A stretch of DNA of 64,000 bases from Amoebidium appalachense (taxonomy: Eukaryota > Protista > Ichthyosporea): assembly GCA_963693365.1 (NCBI GenBank), contig CAVNZM010000003.1, positions 9,003,019-9,067,018 on the forward strand. Reading direction: 5' to 3'. Under the pieces are notes generated by a model. That model was not told where the DNA came from and ran no database searches. It worked only from the letters and a program-made list of their open reading frames with translations. The translations under genes and the position numbers were made by a program. Of this stretch, positions 27,397 through 40,662 are shown piece by piece. Every line of letters begins with the position of its first letter. The first letter of the stretch is position 1.

Positions 27397-28071
27397 GGGG
27401 GGGGGGCTACCTATCGGTGTTATACCAAGCTGCAATGTGCAGAATCGTTTTTCAGTCGAATCTGGACCAGCAATCTGCATACGGTCAGCACCAATATCCT
27501 CATATGTGGTGCCATCGTCATTGGATAACGGCCAAGGCACCTGCAAGAAGTCTTGTGTTATTCTAATTGGTCAAATGTTCCTGGAAACGGTGCCCGGCAC
27601 CGTGTCCAGTATATTTAATAACAAAAGGAGAACCAATAACTTGCAAAACTTAAAATGTGAGGGTGTGCTAATACTGTACCTGGTCAATAATCATCCGAGC
27701 ACATGGCAGATAGCGACCCCACTTGTCTCGTGGACACTCTTCATCTTCTCTGTTCCGATACGAACAGACCAGCTTCACTAAGCGAGTGTGATAGGTCTGT
27801 ATGGTGGGAAGACGCTCTACAATGGATTTTCCCTTCCCGTTTGTTTTCCGCCGCTTAGCCAGTTCGTACCGGCGACAGAAGTTTCGCAGCCATTTCTCAG
27901 ACGCCTTAAACTTGGCATACTCTTCTTTCGAGAGCATGTGGGTTGCCAGTTTAAGTGCCTTTGTGCGAAGCCACAAAGCGTGAACTTTCGACTTGTCGTC
28001 GCGCCGCTGTCTATACAGACGATGAAGTTCTTTCTCAAGTGCCTGGTACCTGACTTTGGCTTTTCCTTTCC

Positions 28072-28207
<136 letters not shown>

Positions 28208-28244
28208 TGTGTATGTGTGTGTGCGCGCGCGCGCGCGCGCGCAC

Positions 28245-28290
<46 letters not shown>

Positions 28291-28405
28291 CGCACATCAG
28301 GCTTGTGAACAGAAGGTAGGGGAAGGGATTGTTGTACGTGCCAGGCTTCTCCTGAGGTCCGGTTACGGGGGGCTGGGGGGGGGGGGGGGGAGGGGGGGGG
28401 GGGGG

Positions 28406-31400
28406 TGTTGGAATACGTCACCATGTATGACAGCAAGAGCCTTGAAGTATGTATGTGTCCTAGCTTGTTTGTATTCGTGTCTGCTTTCCTTCTTTGTGCT
28501 CTCTCTCTCTCTCTCTCTCTCCCTCTCTCTCTCTCCCTCTCTCTCTCCCCCCTCTCTCTCTCTCTCTCTCCCTCTCTCCCTCTCCCTCTCTCTCTCTCTC
28601 TCCCCCCCCCCCCCCCCCCCCCCCCGTATCTCTCTCTCCCTTGTTTCTGTGGGCACAGATATCTGTAGATCTGTGCACACCTGGCTCTCTTGCCTGATAA
28701 GAACTTATTGTATTTCTGTTTGCTCTCCTCTGTTTATCTGAGAGGTAGCGTGATTGGCTAGCCTCACTCGTTGTCTTTCCTTTATTTCAAAATGTCCTAG
28801 TTTTGTTCTCAAAAGGATGGCTCGCCAATAGTCGCGAGCGAGTACATCTGTAAATTGTGTTGTGCATTCCTGTCTGTTAATATATGTGTGTTGTGATTGG
28901 ACAATAGATATATATGGAATTCGGTTTATTGCAAAGTGTCTTCACTTTGAGAGTGTCGACTATTAGGAAATATATGTATTTAAATAAGTTTCTTTATAGA
29001 GACGAACATAAATATATATGTGAGTTAATAGTGACTAGATGTATAATTACTTAATTTATTTAAGTAAGAGTTTCTACACTTTAGTTTAATCGGAAGTTGG
29101 AATGCGTATGCTCTGTCGGAATGTGTTTTTCTATCTTCTGATAGAACCGATTGGTTCTCCCTCTTTAGTTGTGATAAGGTGATAAGTCGCAAGTACAAAA
29201 GGAACCGAGAGCACAATAAAGATTCAGTTGTTGTTTGAAATCTTTCAATGTCTCGTGAACAACTCCGATTGCCCTCTCATTAATGTGTTAGTCGTGTTTT
29301 ACATGACACCTCTGTGCACTCTGCTCCCTTAGACCCGTACAAAAACAACAGGTTAAAGGCCCATTTTCGCACCCTCTCGCAACACACTAGCAATCGTTAA
29401 ATTCCTGGTACACATCATAGCTGTGGTCAGCTCCTCATGCACCTCATCTAATGGTCACTTGCGTGTTAACGTTGAGTACCTATTCCGTGAATTGACGCCG
29501 CCCCCCCTTCCACTTGGTGCTGAGGCCGTGTACATCTCTCCCTGGCGTCCCCTAAACCCGTCTGTGCTTTTCTGCACATTCCGTCTCTGGCACTTCCCGC
29601 CGTCACCTAGCCTCTCGGCTCCTCCCGCGACCGGCCGTAACCGGTCCTCCGTCACTCCCCTTGACAAGATCTGACTCATCTTGACAAGAGCTTCTGTCAT
29701 GCCTTGACAATCGTGCCATCCTTGCAAGTTTCAGCTTGCCCTCCTTCCAGTTCCATCCTGGTTCCTCTCCGTCACGTCAAACCTTCCTCCACCCTTGGTT
29801 CTGCCGTCGCGCTCCAAGTTCTTCTTTGACACTTCATGACGTGTCCCCCTGTCCCGACGTGGTCTCCACCGCGCCGCCCTGTCTGCCCCGGAGGCTCCCA
29901 TTCCATAACAGCGAAATCCCAATCACTCGTCAAATTTCAAACCCCGGCTCCATTCCGATCGACGATCATTTGACACCCCGTCTCGATCCGACTTGACTAT
30001 CCTCCCTCAAGTCCATCTGAAGTACCCAAATTCGGTACTTCTTTCCAGTCTCCCGTGTTCAACACAGTCCAAGCACTTTGTGCTTTCCTACTCCATAGGA
30101 GTCCCGGCCCCGAGTCCCTGCCAGAACCGTTTACCATGTCGTCCAACATGCTCCCTTCCAGGATTTCCAACCCTGTTCCCACCACCGTGCCGTCACTGTC
30201 GCCGGACCCCTCACATTCCATTGATCTGCCCCGCATTCCGGCAGCAGTTTCCTCCGATCACGTGGCCAGCCTCGTCGAGCTCTCAGCTCCCCCAAACCCT
30301 GCACGGGCCCCAGTTACCCCTGCAGCTGTTTCCCCCCCGTTACCCCCCGACCCCGGCAAGCAACACGTGCTGCCAGGTCCGGCCGTTCCCATCCACGTTT
30401 CTAGCCAGCCTACCGTGCTGCCTGCCCCCGTTTCCGAAGCCCCTGTCTTTGACGAATCACAATTCACCACGGCATCCAATCAGATTTCTGTGCCGACCAC
30501 CAATCAGCCGACTTCAATCGATCCATCACTGCCGTCCCTGGATCCTCACTCCGATGACGATGAGATTCAGTCAGTGATTCTCCGTCGTTCCCCCCGTCGT
30601 GTGCCTGCCCCCGTGGGTCCACCCACCCACCCCCCCACCGGCCAGCAACCCCTGCTGCCGGCCCCTGCCGTCAATGACCACGTACCTGGTCATCTAACCC
30701 CGGTTCGTCCTGGGTCTCCGGAGTTCCACTCGGCCCTGTCCAGCCCCGTGTCATCCGACTCCCCCCTCAACACGGCACCCATCCCCGCCATCCAGGCTCC
30801 CATCCCCGAACCCCGAGTGTCTGTCCCAGACACTCCCCCGGCCCCTGAGCCCCTCCATCCCGTCCCCCGTCGTTACTTCTACACCAAGGACTACATCAAC
30901 AGTGGGGACGTCACTGTCACCTACATCGACACCAAGAAGAACCTGGCCGACATCTTCACCAAGCCTCTGGCTGGTCCGGCCCACGACACACACCGTGCCA
31001 ACCACAGTCTCCGTGACTGCCCCGTGCACTGGTGTTCATCATCGAGTGGTTTCTGAGTAGGTTGGGGCCCTGGACAGCAGTTGACACCCCTACAGTGATC
31101 AAGATGCCTCCCAACGAAAGTCTACTACTCCTCATCGTTTCTCTTCATCAGTGGGGACTCAGTCTTCCATCGTCATATGTGTGCATCTTCAGTGGGGATT
31201 ATTCTCCCCCATCCGTCGTTTATTTATATTCATATCCCACCATATATATTGGTTTTCTTCTATATTCGACTTATATATATGTCGAACTGGGATGGCGTCC
31301 CAGTACAAATAATTATCTATAGCCATGACGTGCTGGTTGACTGCCAGTCTAAACCTAGTCCACGGGATGCACCTTCCCCGTGTCTTAACTGGTTGACCAC

Positions 31401-32687
31401 CAGTCTATAAATCAGTCCACAAGATGTTCATGCCTTGTGTTTACCTGGGTGGTCCCCAGTATAAACCATTAGCCACCAACACGTCACACATACACTAGTG
31501 TGTCCTATATATATATATATATATATCGCCGATAACCACCATGATTTCTTATTTCGAGTCTTCAGAGGCAACCGTCGTTGTGTGCCTCTTCAGTTTTGAT
31601 TCTCTCCTTCCCACCTCAAGGATCTTCGGTTTGCATCCTCGAGTGGGGAAACTTGAGTGTGACGGCCCCTCCTGTGTTTGGACCTCATCTACCGTCACAT
31701 CAACAGACACGAGAACACAAACTTCAACCCCTTGAGTGGGGATGTTGGAATACGTCACCATGTATGACAGCAAGAGCCTTGAAGTATGTATGTGTCCTAG
31801 CTTGTTTGTATTCGTGTCTGCTTTCCTTCTTTGTGCTCTCTCTCTCTCTCTCTCTCTCCCCTCTCTCTCTCTCCCTCTCTCTCTCCCCCCCTCTCTCTCT
31901 CTCTCTCCCTCTCTCCCTCTCCCTCTCTCTCTCTCTCTCTCCCCCCCCCCCCCCCCCCCCCGTATCTCTCTCTCCCTTGTTTCTGTGGGCACAGATATCT
32001 GTAGATCTGTGCACACCTGGCTCTCTTGCCTGATAAGAACTTATTGGTATTTCTGTTTGCTCTCCTCTGTTTATCTGAGAGGTAGCGTGATTGGCTAGCC
32101 TCACTCGTTGTCTTTCCTTTATTTCAAAATGTCCTAGTTTTGTTCTCAAAAGGATGGCTCGCCAATAGTCGCGAGCGAGTACATCTGTAAATTGTGTTGT
32201 GCATTCCTGTCTGTTAATATATGTGTGTTGTGATTGGACAATAGATATATATGGAATTCGGTTTATTGCAAAGTGTCTTCACTTTGAGAGTGTCGACTAT
32301 TAGGAAATATATGTATTTAAATAAGTTTCTTTATAGAGACGAACATAAATATATATGTGAGTTAATAGTGACTAGATGTATAATTACTTAATTTATTTAA
32401 GTAAGAGTTTCTACACTTTAGTTTAATCGGAAGTTGGAATGCGTATGCTCTGTCGGAATGTGTTTTTCTATCTTCTGATAGAACCGATTGGTTCTCCCTC
32501 TTTAGTTGTGATAAGGTGATAAGTCGCAAGTACAAAAGGAACCGAGAGCACAATAAAGATTCAGTTGTTGTTTGAAATCTTTCAATGTCTCGTGAACAAC
32601 TCCGATTGCCCTCTCATTAATGTGTTAGTCGTGTTTTACATGACACCTCTGTGCACTCTGCTCCCTTAGACCCGTACAAAAACAACA
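28406..32687 (+). mobile_element. Internally deleted Copia element, family B
   Basis: Near-identical 945-bp LTRs 28406-29350 and 31743-32687; TSD GGGGG; PBS GGTTAAAGGCCC; PPT AGTGGGGA; only a Pro-rich linker and the RNaseH tail (KKNLADIFTKPL) remain, in ORF 30055-31056. Confidence 0.94.
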
Positions 32688-34597
32688 GGGGGAGGGGGGG
32701 ACATATGCTTCAAGAGTTCTGGGAAGGAGAGGGAGGGGTTGCAACATGATCCTAAACTGTGCATCCCCCCAAGCTGTACGTGACCCAGGTGTTTGACCAC
32801 TAAAGCAACTAGTATTCCTTGCACTAGTGTAAGTGTAAGTTCCGCTCTCTTGCTCCCATGGGCTCTTCCGATTATCACTATTGGATCTCTTATTAACCAA
32901 AACTTCCCTATTCTATGTCACTGGCAATACACGACCCCCAGCAAGTAAGCTATAGTCATACCTGTTAGTTTCAACTTCTCCAGCCTTTCTTTAGCTGCGG
33001 AGGCGAAGATGTGGTCTTTTCTCTGTATCCATCTGCAAAAATGAAAGGAAAGAGTTATTGTGTTGTCGTTCTGAAGGGAGTTTTGACTAATTCTTTCGTT
33101 CAAAGGGGCCTTTTTTTGCAACAAGCAAGAGAACACGAGCACACCAATAACAACAAACAGGGTGAACCGAGCAGCCTGTGCACTATGCCGCACTGGATTT
33201 CATAGAACTGGGAATCAGCCAGGGACAAACGGTGAGGCCTAATTTAACTAACAAATGTGTGAGGCCTAACTTACAAAAGAAGTATCAGTGATGCTGAAAT
33301 GAGTTTGTACAGGGCTTGGCCAACTTACTGATATATTGTTGAACCCGTCTTCTTGGGGTGACGAGCAAGGTACTCTCCGATGGCTGCCTTAGTGTTTCTT
33401 GCTTTTATGCTGAGAACCTCTTCAATGATTTCCGCCCTTTTCGAATCAGTGTACGACGCTCGCTCCTTAGCCCCAATATTGTTTTTGCGCCCATATGCAT
33501 CCTCTTTGGGCTTGCCTTCCGCAAGACGCTGGTTTACACGCGCAAACTCCGCAGCGATCGCTTCTCGCCGTTCAATCTCCTCTTGCGACGGTGGGATAAA
33601 CTCGTATGTGACGGACCCAGTGTTTTTGGTATGCAGGGTCGCTTGCTGATTTTTGGGTCTTGCCAAAGCACAACTGTTTTCGTGGTTTGTGAGTGAACCA
33701 GCATTACCACAAGGTTGCTCGCAGCCAATGCAGCGAAACTTGGGCGAAACATCGTCTGCAGCGAGTAGCTCACCTATTTTCTCCGCTTCTTCCGCACTGC
33801 GCGCACTCATAACCTTCTGCCGGCCGTTCAGTTGAAACGAAAAAAATTTCTTGGCCCCGAAATCGAACATCGTCTTCTGCCCAGGCTTACTGGCAGCCTT
33901 TTTCAGCGATTCCGCGCGTGTGGGGGCTCTGCGGCTCTCTAAACTCTCCATGTGCGAGCGCAATTGTGCTTTTGCCGTTTCGGCTTGTGCAATTGCACTT
34001 GTGGTTGCGTTGTTGATTGTGTTGTTTGTGTTTACAAAACCCTCAGAAATGATTGCTTGGGCTTCTTGGGTAGTTTCCTGAAACTTGTCTGTGGCCTCAT
34101 TTACTGTGTGCAGTGCACTATTCAACGCCCCAAGTGCAGCTGCCTGCACCTGGACTACTGGCTTGGTCATGATCGGTGGGTTTAATATGCATTCAACCTG
34201 CCTATATGACTAGGATGTAAAAACTAGCTATACAAGACTGCTTCGAACTAGTTGGGGCCTTCGTATGTTTCTGCTCGTTTATCGACATAGTCGGCCACAT
34301 GAGTCCTTTGCATACCATGCGATGTGCGGCCGCCGCCTATCATTGGCCCTGGCGAGCTTTGGGCGGTCGTTAAAATCACGGCAAACCACTGTTTTGTCTG
34401 GGAAAGAGATCGAAATACTAAAGATAGGGGGTCTAAACTGACCAGATAAACCCGATTACTTGTCCTACTATGTATAGGACCCCTTGGTGCGCTAACATAA
34501 TCCTGAAAAATGACCGAGGTCAGTATGTTAAGATTTTGAAAATCGGCGTCGACGTTATGTTGTGCGCGGAGTATGTTACGCGCGGACGCATACTGTA

Positions 34598-36110
34598 ATG
34601 CATTTCCATGCGGGTGATGAACCGAATAAGTTTGGCCATCACGGGGTGGGGGGAAGACCGGGAGTGCAGGTCAGACACAGCACCCGTGTTGTCGCATAAA
34701 ATACAGACATGGTGGGTGGACCAGGAGGGGGCCCAGAGGGCCACGGCGGCTGCGATGGCCAAGAGTTCGATGACGGAGGAACCGAGTTTACCCTCATGAG
34801 TATAGAGGGCTTGGGTGAGGGGAGACCAGGGCATGAAAAACCATTGGTCGAGCCAGTGGCCCCCTAGACCCACGGATCCGGCAGCATCGGTGGCCAGGGT
34901 GGTGTATGTGGGGGGGGGTGATAAGGTGCACCCCATTCCATGATGTGAGGAACTGGTGCCATTCGGTCATGTCTGCCCGGGCGGTAGCAGACAGCCGTAT
35001 GTGGTGGTGCCCGGCAAGGTGTGGGTGTTTTCGGAGAAGGGCCCATAGGCGCTGGGAGAAGGCCCGCCCGGGGGGGACCAGCTGGGCACACCAGGTGAGT
35101 TTTCCGAGGAGGGATTGCAGGTCCCGAATGGTGATGGTGGGTGTTGGGTGGGAAGTGAGGTCGAGTAGGTCCGAGAGTTTGGAAGCAGGGATCCGTGCCT
35201 CCATGGTGACGGAGTCGAATTCGATACCGATGAAGACAATACGGGTAGCCGGGCCCTGCATCTTGTCTTCGGAGATGGCAATGTGCAGCTCTCGGCAGAG
35301 TTGCAGGAAGTTGGATAGGTGACGTTGGCACTGCTCTTGGGTGGGGGCGACTATAATCCAGTCGTCTACGTAGTGGCGGATGAGGGTAACACCGTGCTGG
35401 TGTGCCAGCCACTGGAGGGTGGCCGCGATCCGTTCCCAGATGGCTGGGCTAGATTTCAGGCCGAAGGGCAGTCGGGTGTCAACGTAAAAATGCCCCTGCC
35501 ATTTGAATGCCATTAAGTGATGGTCTTCTGGTCGGATGGGCATGTGCCGGAAGGCAGCCTGCACGTCTGCCACGGCCATGTAGCAGCCGGGGCCTGCGTC
35601 GAGAATGAGCTGGGTGACATCCCGGGCGCGAATGTACTGAAGTTCGTCGGGGTAGGTGACGCTGTCATTGACGCTGCTGCCCCGGGGCCATGAGAGGTGG
35701 TGAATTCGACGGTACTTGGGGGGGTTCCCTTTTTTAGTAACGGCGCCGATGGGGGAGGATCGGTGGACCGGAAATTCGGCGAAGAATTGGTCCGGGGAGA
35801 GGGGGCCGCGCAGGTGGCCGAGGGCGACTTCTTTGGCAATATCCGCCGTGATAGCGGCAGCAGCAGCCGGGGTGGTGGGTAGGTTGGGGCCCACCCGAGA
35901 GGTGGAGGGGCCGCGGTAGCCGATGTCGACACCAAATTCGACATCGTGGAGGAGCTGCGCGGCGAATGATTGGTCTGGGTAGGATGCCAGCAGCTCCCGG
36001 AGGCGGGAGGTGTCAATGTGGTGCTGGGGCAGCGGGCGGGCCTCCGGGTCTGAGCCTCGGGGGAAGGGGTGGTTAGCAAGGGTGGGGCACCCTCGGGGAG
36101 GTCCCGGCAG

Positions 36111-36149
<39 letters not shown>

Positions 36150-36242
36150 CAGGGCCCCGGGGGGGTTAGAGTAGGGCAGCTGGGCCAGAGGGAGGGTTTG
36201 CAGGGAGGGCAGCGGGGCCCTGTGCAGGGGATGCCCGAGCAC
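34598..36242 (-). pseudogene. Ngaro RT/RNase H, copy 1
   Basis: SSPIGAVTKK, KYRRIHHLS, ADVQAAFR, RLPFGLKSSP, HYVDDW, LATDAAGSVGLGG, IELLAI, LCDN; one frameshift near 34915. Confidence 0.94.
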
Positions 36243-36526
36243 GCGCGGGTGTGGGCGGACACAGAGGTAGAAGAAGGGGGGAGGGAGTGCTAGGTGAGTG
36301 CCAGGGGGGGGAGGCTCGTGGGATGGGGGGGGGAGTAAAATTATGTGCAGTGGCCAGAATAACGTCTTTGTGTAGGGACATTTATTCTTGGCGCACGCGG
36401 GCGCCGTAGTTGGCCTGCAAAATTTTGTACTCAGCCCTATTGGCCCGTTTTCCCGAGCTCCGTTTCCTTGTACCCGTGTGTCCTAGCTCCGAGCCCCTAT
36501 GTTCTATCTGTGTGTGTGCGCGTAGA

Positions 36527-37695
36527 CTAGGCATCGTGCTTGCAGTCTTTGCGGGGGTGTGTGCCAGAGCAGAGCGGGCACACGTGGGAGAAGGGGCAGG
36601 GCTGCTTCGCGCAGGACCGACAGTTAATGTGGAAATTCCTGCAGTGCGTCGCGGGTAGATCCACGGGTCGGGCCGGTTTTGCCGGGCCGGGTTGCGGGCC
36701 AGGGCGGTTGGGGGTTTCTGCCCCACCGGGCTTGTGGGGCGGCTTGAAGCCGTCAAGACCACAGCCGGGCTTGGGGTACATGGGGCAGGCCGCGCTGGGG
36801 TGGTCGGGGAAGCCACAGCGCTGACATGCGTCCGGGATGAGCAGAGTGGGTGGCAGGAGGAGATCCTGGTGGAGTTGGGCGAGCAGGTTGGGACACTCGA
36901 TCGGAGCCCGACCCTGCTGGTGGGCAACGGTACGGGCGTACACGTCATAGTTGTGGATCTGGGCCCACGGGTATCGGGTGCTGAGGCGAGTGATGTGCTG
37001 ACTCAGAGTCCAAAGTACATCCTTGTCCGTGGGGAGGTCGAGGTGGTGCTTGGCGGCCATGTAATGGGTCCAAGCTTGGATCCAAATGACGAGTGAACGC
37101 AGGGGAACGGGTTTGTCATTGCGAAAAGCCTCGATGCTGCCGTCGTCGGCCATGCGCAGCTGCTGACCTTTCTTGGATGGGGCCAGGAGGGCTGCGGGGG
37201 TGAACTTATACAGGTCGACGAAAGGATTGGCGCGCAAATCTGCCAGCACATCCGCGGGGGGAAGCGGCAGTGTGCCCGGCTGAATGTCGCCAGTGTTCTC
37301 ACCTGTAATGGGGGGTGCGGGCAGGGCAGGTAGGTCCAGGTCAGGGCCGAGATGCAGTCCCGGGGAAACCTCCCCGGGTGCAGGGGGTGCGGCACGGGGC
37401 GCGGGAGGGTCGCGGTTGGTGAGAGCGGCCAGGACGCCAGCCATCTGGGTGCTGATGGCGGTGAGGGCGGCAAGGACGGCGTCTTGAGAAGTCATCGGCG
37501 GGGACGGTGGGGCCTGAGGAGGGACTTCAGGAGTAGAGGGGAGAGTAGCCGGAGGGTCCGTGGTGGTATGGGCCTCCGGAGGCGCGTCAGGGCCCGCGGG
37601 AGCGTTGGTCAGCCTGTGGCGGAGGTCGCTGCGGGTCAGGCGCTTAGGTGCCGCGGCAGGGGCGGTGGCTGAGGCCTGGCGCTTTTTGGCGGCAT
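36527..37695 (-). pseudogene. Ngaro gag-like ORF, copy 1
   Basis: WIQAWTHY, YPWAQIHNYD, CCHC knuckle CQRCGFPDHPSAAC, and CRNFH...CPFSHVCPLCSGTHPRKDC zinc fingers; the ATG is out of frame in this copy. Confidence 0.85.
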
Positions 37696-38817
37696 GCTGA
37701 CCGGCGGAGAGAAAGATAGGGAGAATGAAAAAGGAATATATAGCTGTAAGGCTGTGGGTGCTAAGCACAGAAGATGTGTTTGTAGCTTGCTGATCTGCTA
37801 AAAACTGTCGTGCTTATATACCTAAGCCTACCGATCTGAGCCAATCAAAATCGATCTAGTGATATGTGAAATCTGATCCGAGCCAATCAAAACTCGGTCT
37901 AGTGATATGTGGAATCTGATGTTTTGATTGGCTAATAGGTGCCCGTGTGCGGGCAGCCAACCGCGAACTGCTAAAACACGAAATGAAGCCTACATGGTTA
38001 TGTTGATACCGAACACCCATCCTACGTGTTTACCCAGAAAAAATATTTATGTCAATAAATTCCACAAATAAAACCGTAATTCCGTTGAAGCCCCCCCCCC
38101 CCCCCCCCCCCCCTCCCCAAACACACACACACACAACAAAAAAAATAATGCCCCTATCCACGGAGAGACTGTGCCACGGTGTAGGGCACCAAAGCTTCGT
38201 AAATAGAAGAAAAAAAAGATAAAGAGAAAGAGGGAGGGGAAAAAAAAAAAAAAAAAAAAAAACTTCGATATCCACCATCCCCCGAGTTTCCCTTCCCATG
38301 TAATTCTTTCCGAATCTCAAAGTGTTTTGTTTTGTGCTCCTGCGGCGGTGTGATGTGTACAGTTAACTTTTTTGTTAACTGAGGTACATATATCATGTGC
38401 AAACAGGCCATGCACACAAAGCCGTGAAATTGAAAGGAGTAAAAAATCAATAAATTGCTGCCACCGATTTGAGCCGGCTAGGTTGCAATATTATTATTGA
38501 ATGGCTGGAAAGATTTGACTCGACGTGCAAGGTGTAAACAATGTGTCCAAGGCGTTGGGGGATGGTGTGTGTGCTGTGTGTGTGTGCGCATGGCGGCATC
38601 TTTTTTTTTGGGTGGGGGAGAGGAGGGTGGGGGGGTGGGTGGGGTGAGGGGGGAGGGGGGGGGGGGGAGAAGGGAGGGTGGGCCGAGGGAGGGGAAAGTA
38701 AAGGGGGACAGGCAGGGCGAGGATGGCCTGGTTTTTGCTTGGGTTATATTGCAGTTCAATGGACAATGTGGTCCGACGGGGATCAAATGTGAGCTCTGGG
38801 TCATACACGTAAACATT

Positions 38818-38883
<66 letters not shown>

Positions 38884-38983
38884 TGACACACACACACACA
38901 CACACACAAGTGACACACACACCCACACACTCACCCACCCACCAACCCACCCACCCACCCACCCACCCACCCACCCACCCACC

Positions 38984-39037
<54 letters not shown>

Positions 39038-39052
39038 GCAGACAGACAGACA

Positions 39053-39088
<36 letters not shown>

Positions 39089-39092
39089 GCAG

Positions 39093-39166
<74 letters not shown>

Positions 39167-39205
39167 GCACACACACACACACACCGTGCACACACACACA
39201 CACGT

Positions 39206-39260
<55 letters not shown>

Positions 39261-39285
39261 TACACACACACAAACACAAGGCATT

Positions 39286-39576
39286 TTAACGAAATTTTAT
39301 ACTATAAAATTACATTTACTAATTAAAATTGTATAACGTTATGCACGTTTGAGCAAAACATTATGCACGTTTCAAAAAATTAAAAATGCAATAACTCGGG
39401 AACCGCGCGACGAAAATGCATCAAAATTTCACAGTTAGTGTGTTTTTATACCCCCTGCACACACACATTTAGCTAACAGCATAATCAATAACAGTGTGAT
39501 CTGGTCAAGCGATCACGACAAAACATAAAAAAACTTTAAAAAAACATTACGTCAAATTTTTCGGTAAAATCCCTTA
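39286..39576. repeat. Dispersed repeat, probable DNA-transposon end
   Basis: Reverse complement of 60776-61060; terminates ggtaaaatccctta (TAAGGGAT on the other strand, like the ISL2EU-like TIR in this window). Confidence 0.7.
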
Positions 39577-39614
39577 CACACACAAACACACTGGCACCGT
39601 ACAAGGCCCCAACC

Positions 39615-40020
39615 ACATCGGCGTAGTCAAGTTGCTAAAAACAGATTTATTCTGCCAGAGCGGAATTATTCTGCAAAAGCGGAATTATTCTGCAAAACTG
39701 AGAATCAGTCTGCTTTTAGCAGAATCATTTCGCAAAAACTTAATAATTCTGCCGGCAGAATAATTCTGCTGTTGCCGAATAATTCTGTTTAAAGCAGAAT
39801 TTTCTGCTTTTAGCAGATCTCGAGTAATGATCCTGCATTTTGCAGAATAATTCTGCTCGGAGCAAGTTGATATTCTGCTTTTGCAGAATAATCCTGCTGT
39901 TGCCGAATAATTCTGCTTTTGAATAATTCTGCTAAAAGCAGAATTGTCTGCTTTTTGCAGAGTAATGATCCTGCATTTTTCAGAATAATTCTGCTCGGAG
40001 CAAGTTGACTCAGCCGATGT
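39615..40020. mobile_element. MITE-like element filled with GCAGAATAATTCTGC quasi-palindromes
   Basis: Imperfect 21-bp TIRs acatcggcgtagtcaagttgc / gcaagttgactcagccgatgt; interior built from a short palindromic unit; no TSD seen. Confidence 0.65.
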
Positions 40021-40090
40021 ATGTGCCACAAGTTGGGGATGCTCACACACACACGCACACACACACACACACACGCACACACAGGCACTG

Positions 40091-40151
<61 letters not shown>

Positions 40152-40662
40152 CACACACATCCATCGTCTCCGAGGCTCCCCCCGGCCCCCTCCATGCATG
40201 TACACACACATTCTCTCTCTCTTTCCCTCTCTGTCTCTCTCCCTCTCTCTCTCTCACCGTAAACATGGTTGCGTATATTGTCGGACAGACTATGGGAGTC
40301 GCGCCCTGTAGTTAGTCACACTTACTGACCAATTAAAATGGTTGGTCGGGAAGCAGCGGCGTTGTCCCACAATCGCACGGCGAACTGTCCCCGATAAAAG
40401 GCGGCAGTATCAGCCAGATCCAATCGTTGATTTGGGAAATCCAGATTTTCTAAACTTAGTAGTGCCATATTGGGAGATCGAAGTGATCACCCAATAGGCA
40501 CAGTAGCAGCTTTTTAGGGTACTATAAAAAGCGGGTGATGGTTAAATCACCCTTACTTTTTGTCCCCCGTCGCTGCTCTCTCTAGCAGTGACGGTTGGTG
40601 ATTAGGTAGCAATCTTGTGGCAGTGCGCCTTCCAGGAGTGGAAGGCAGCTGTGGTGGCCTCT

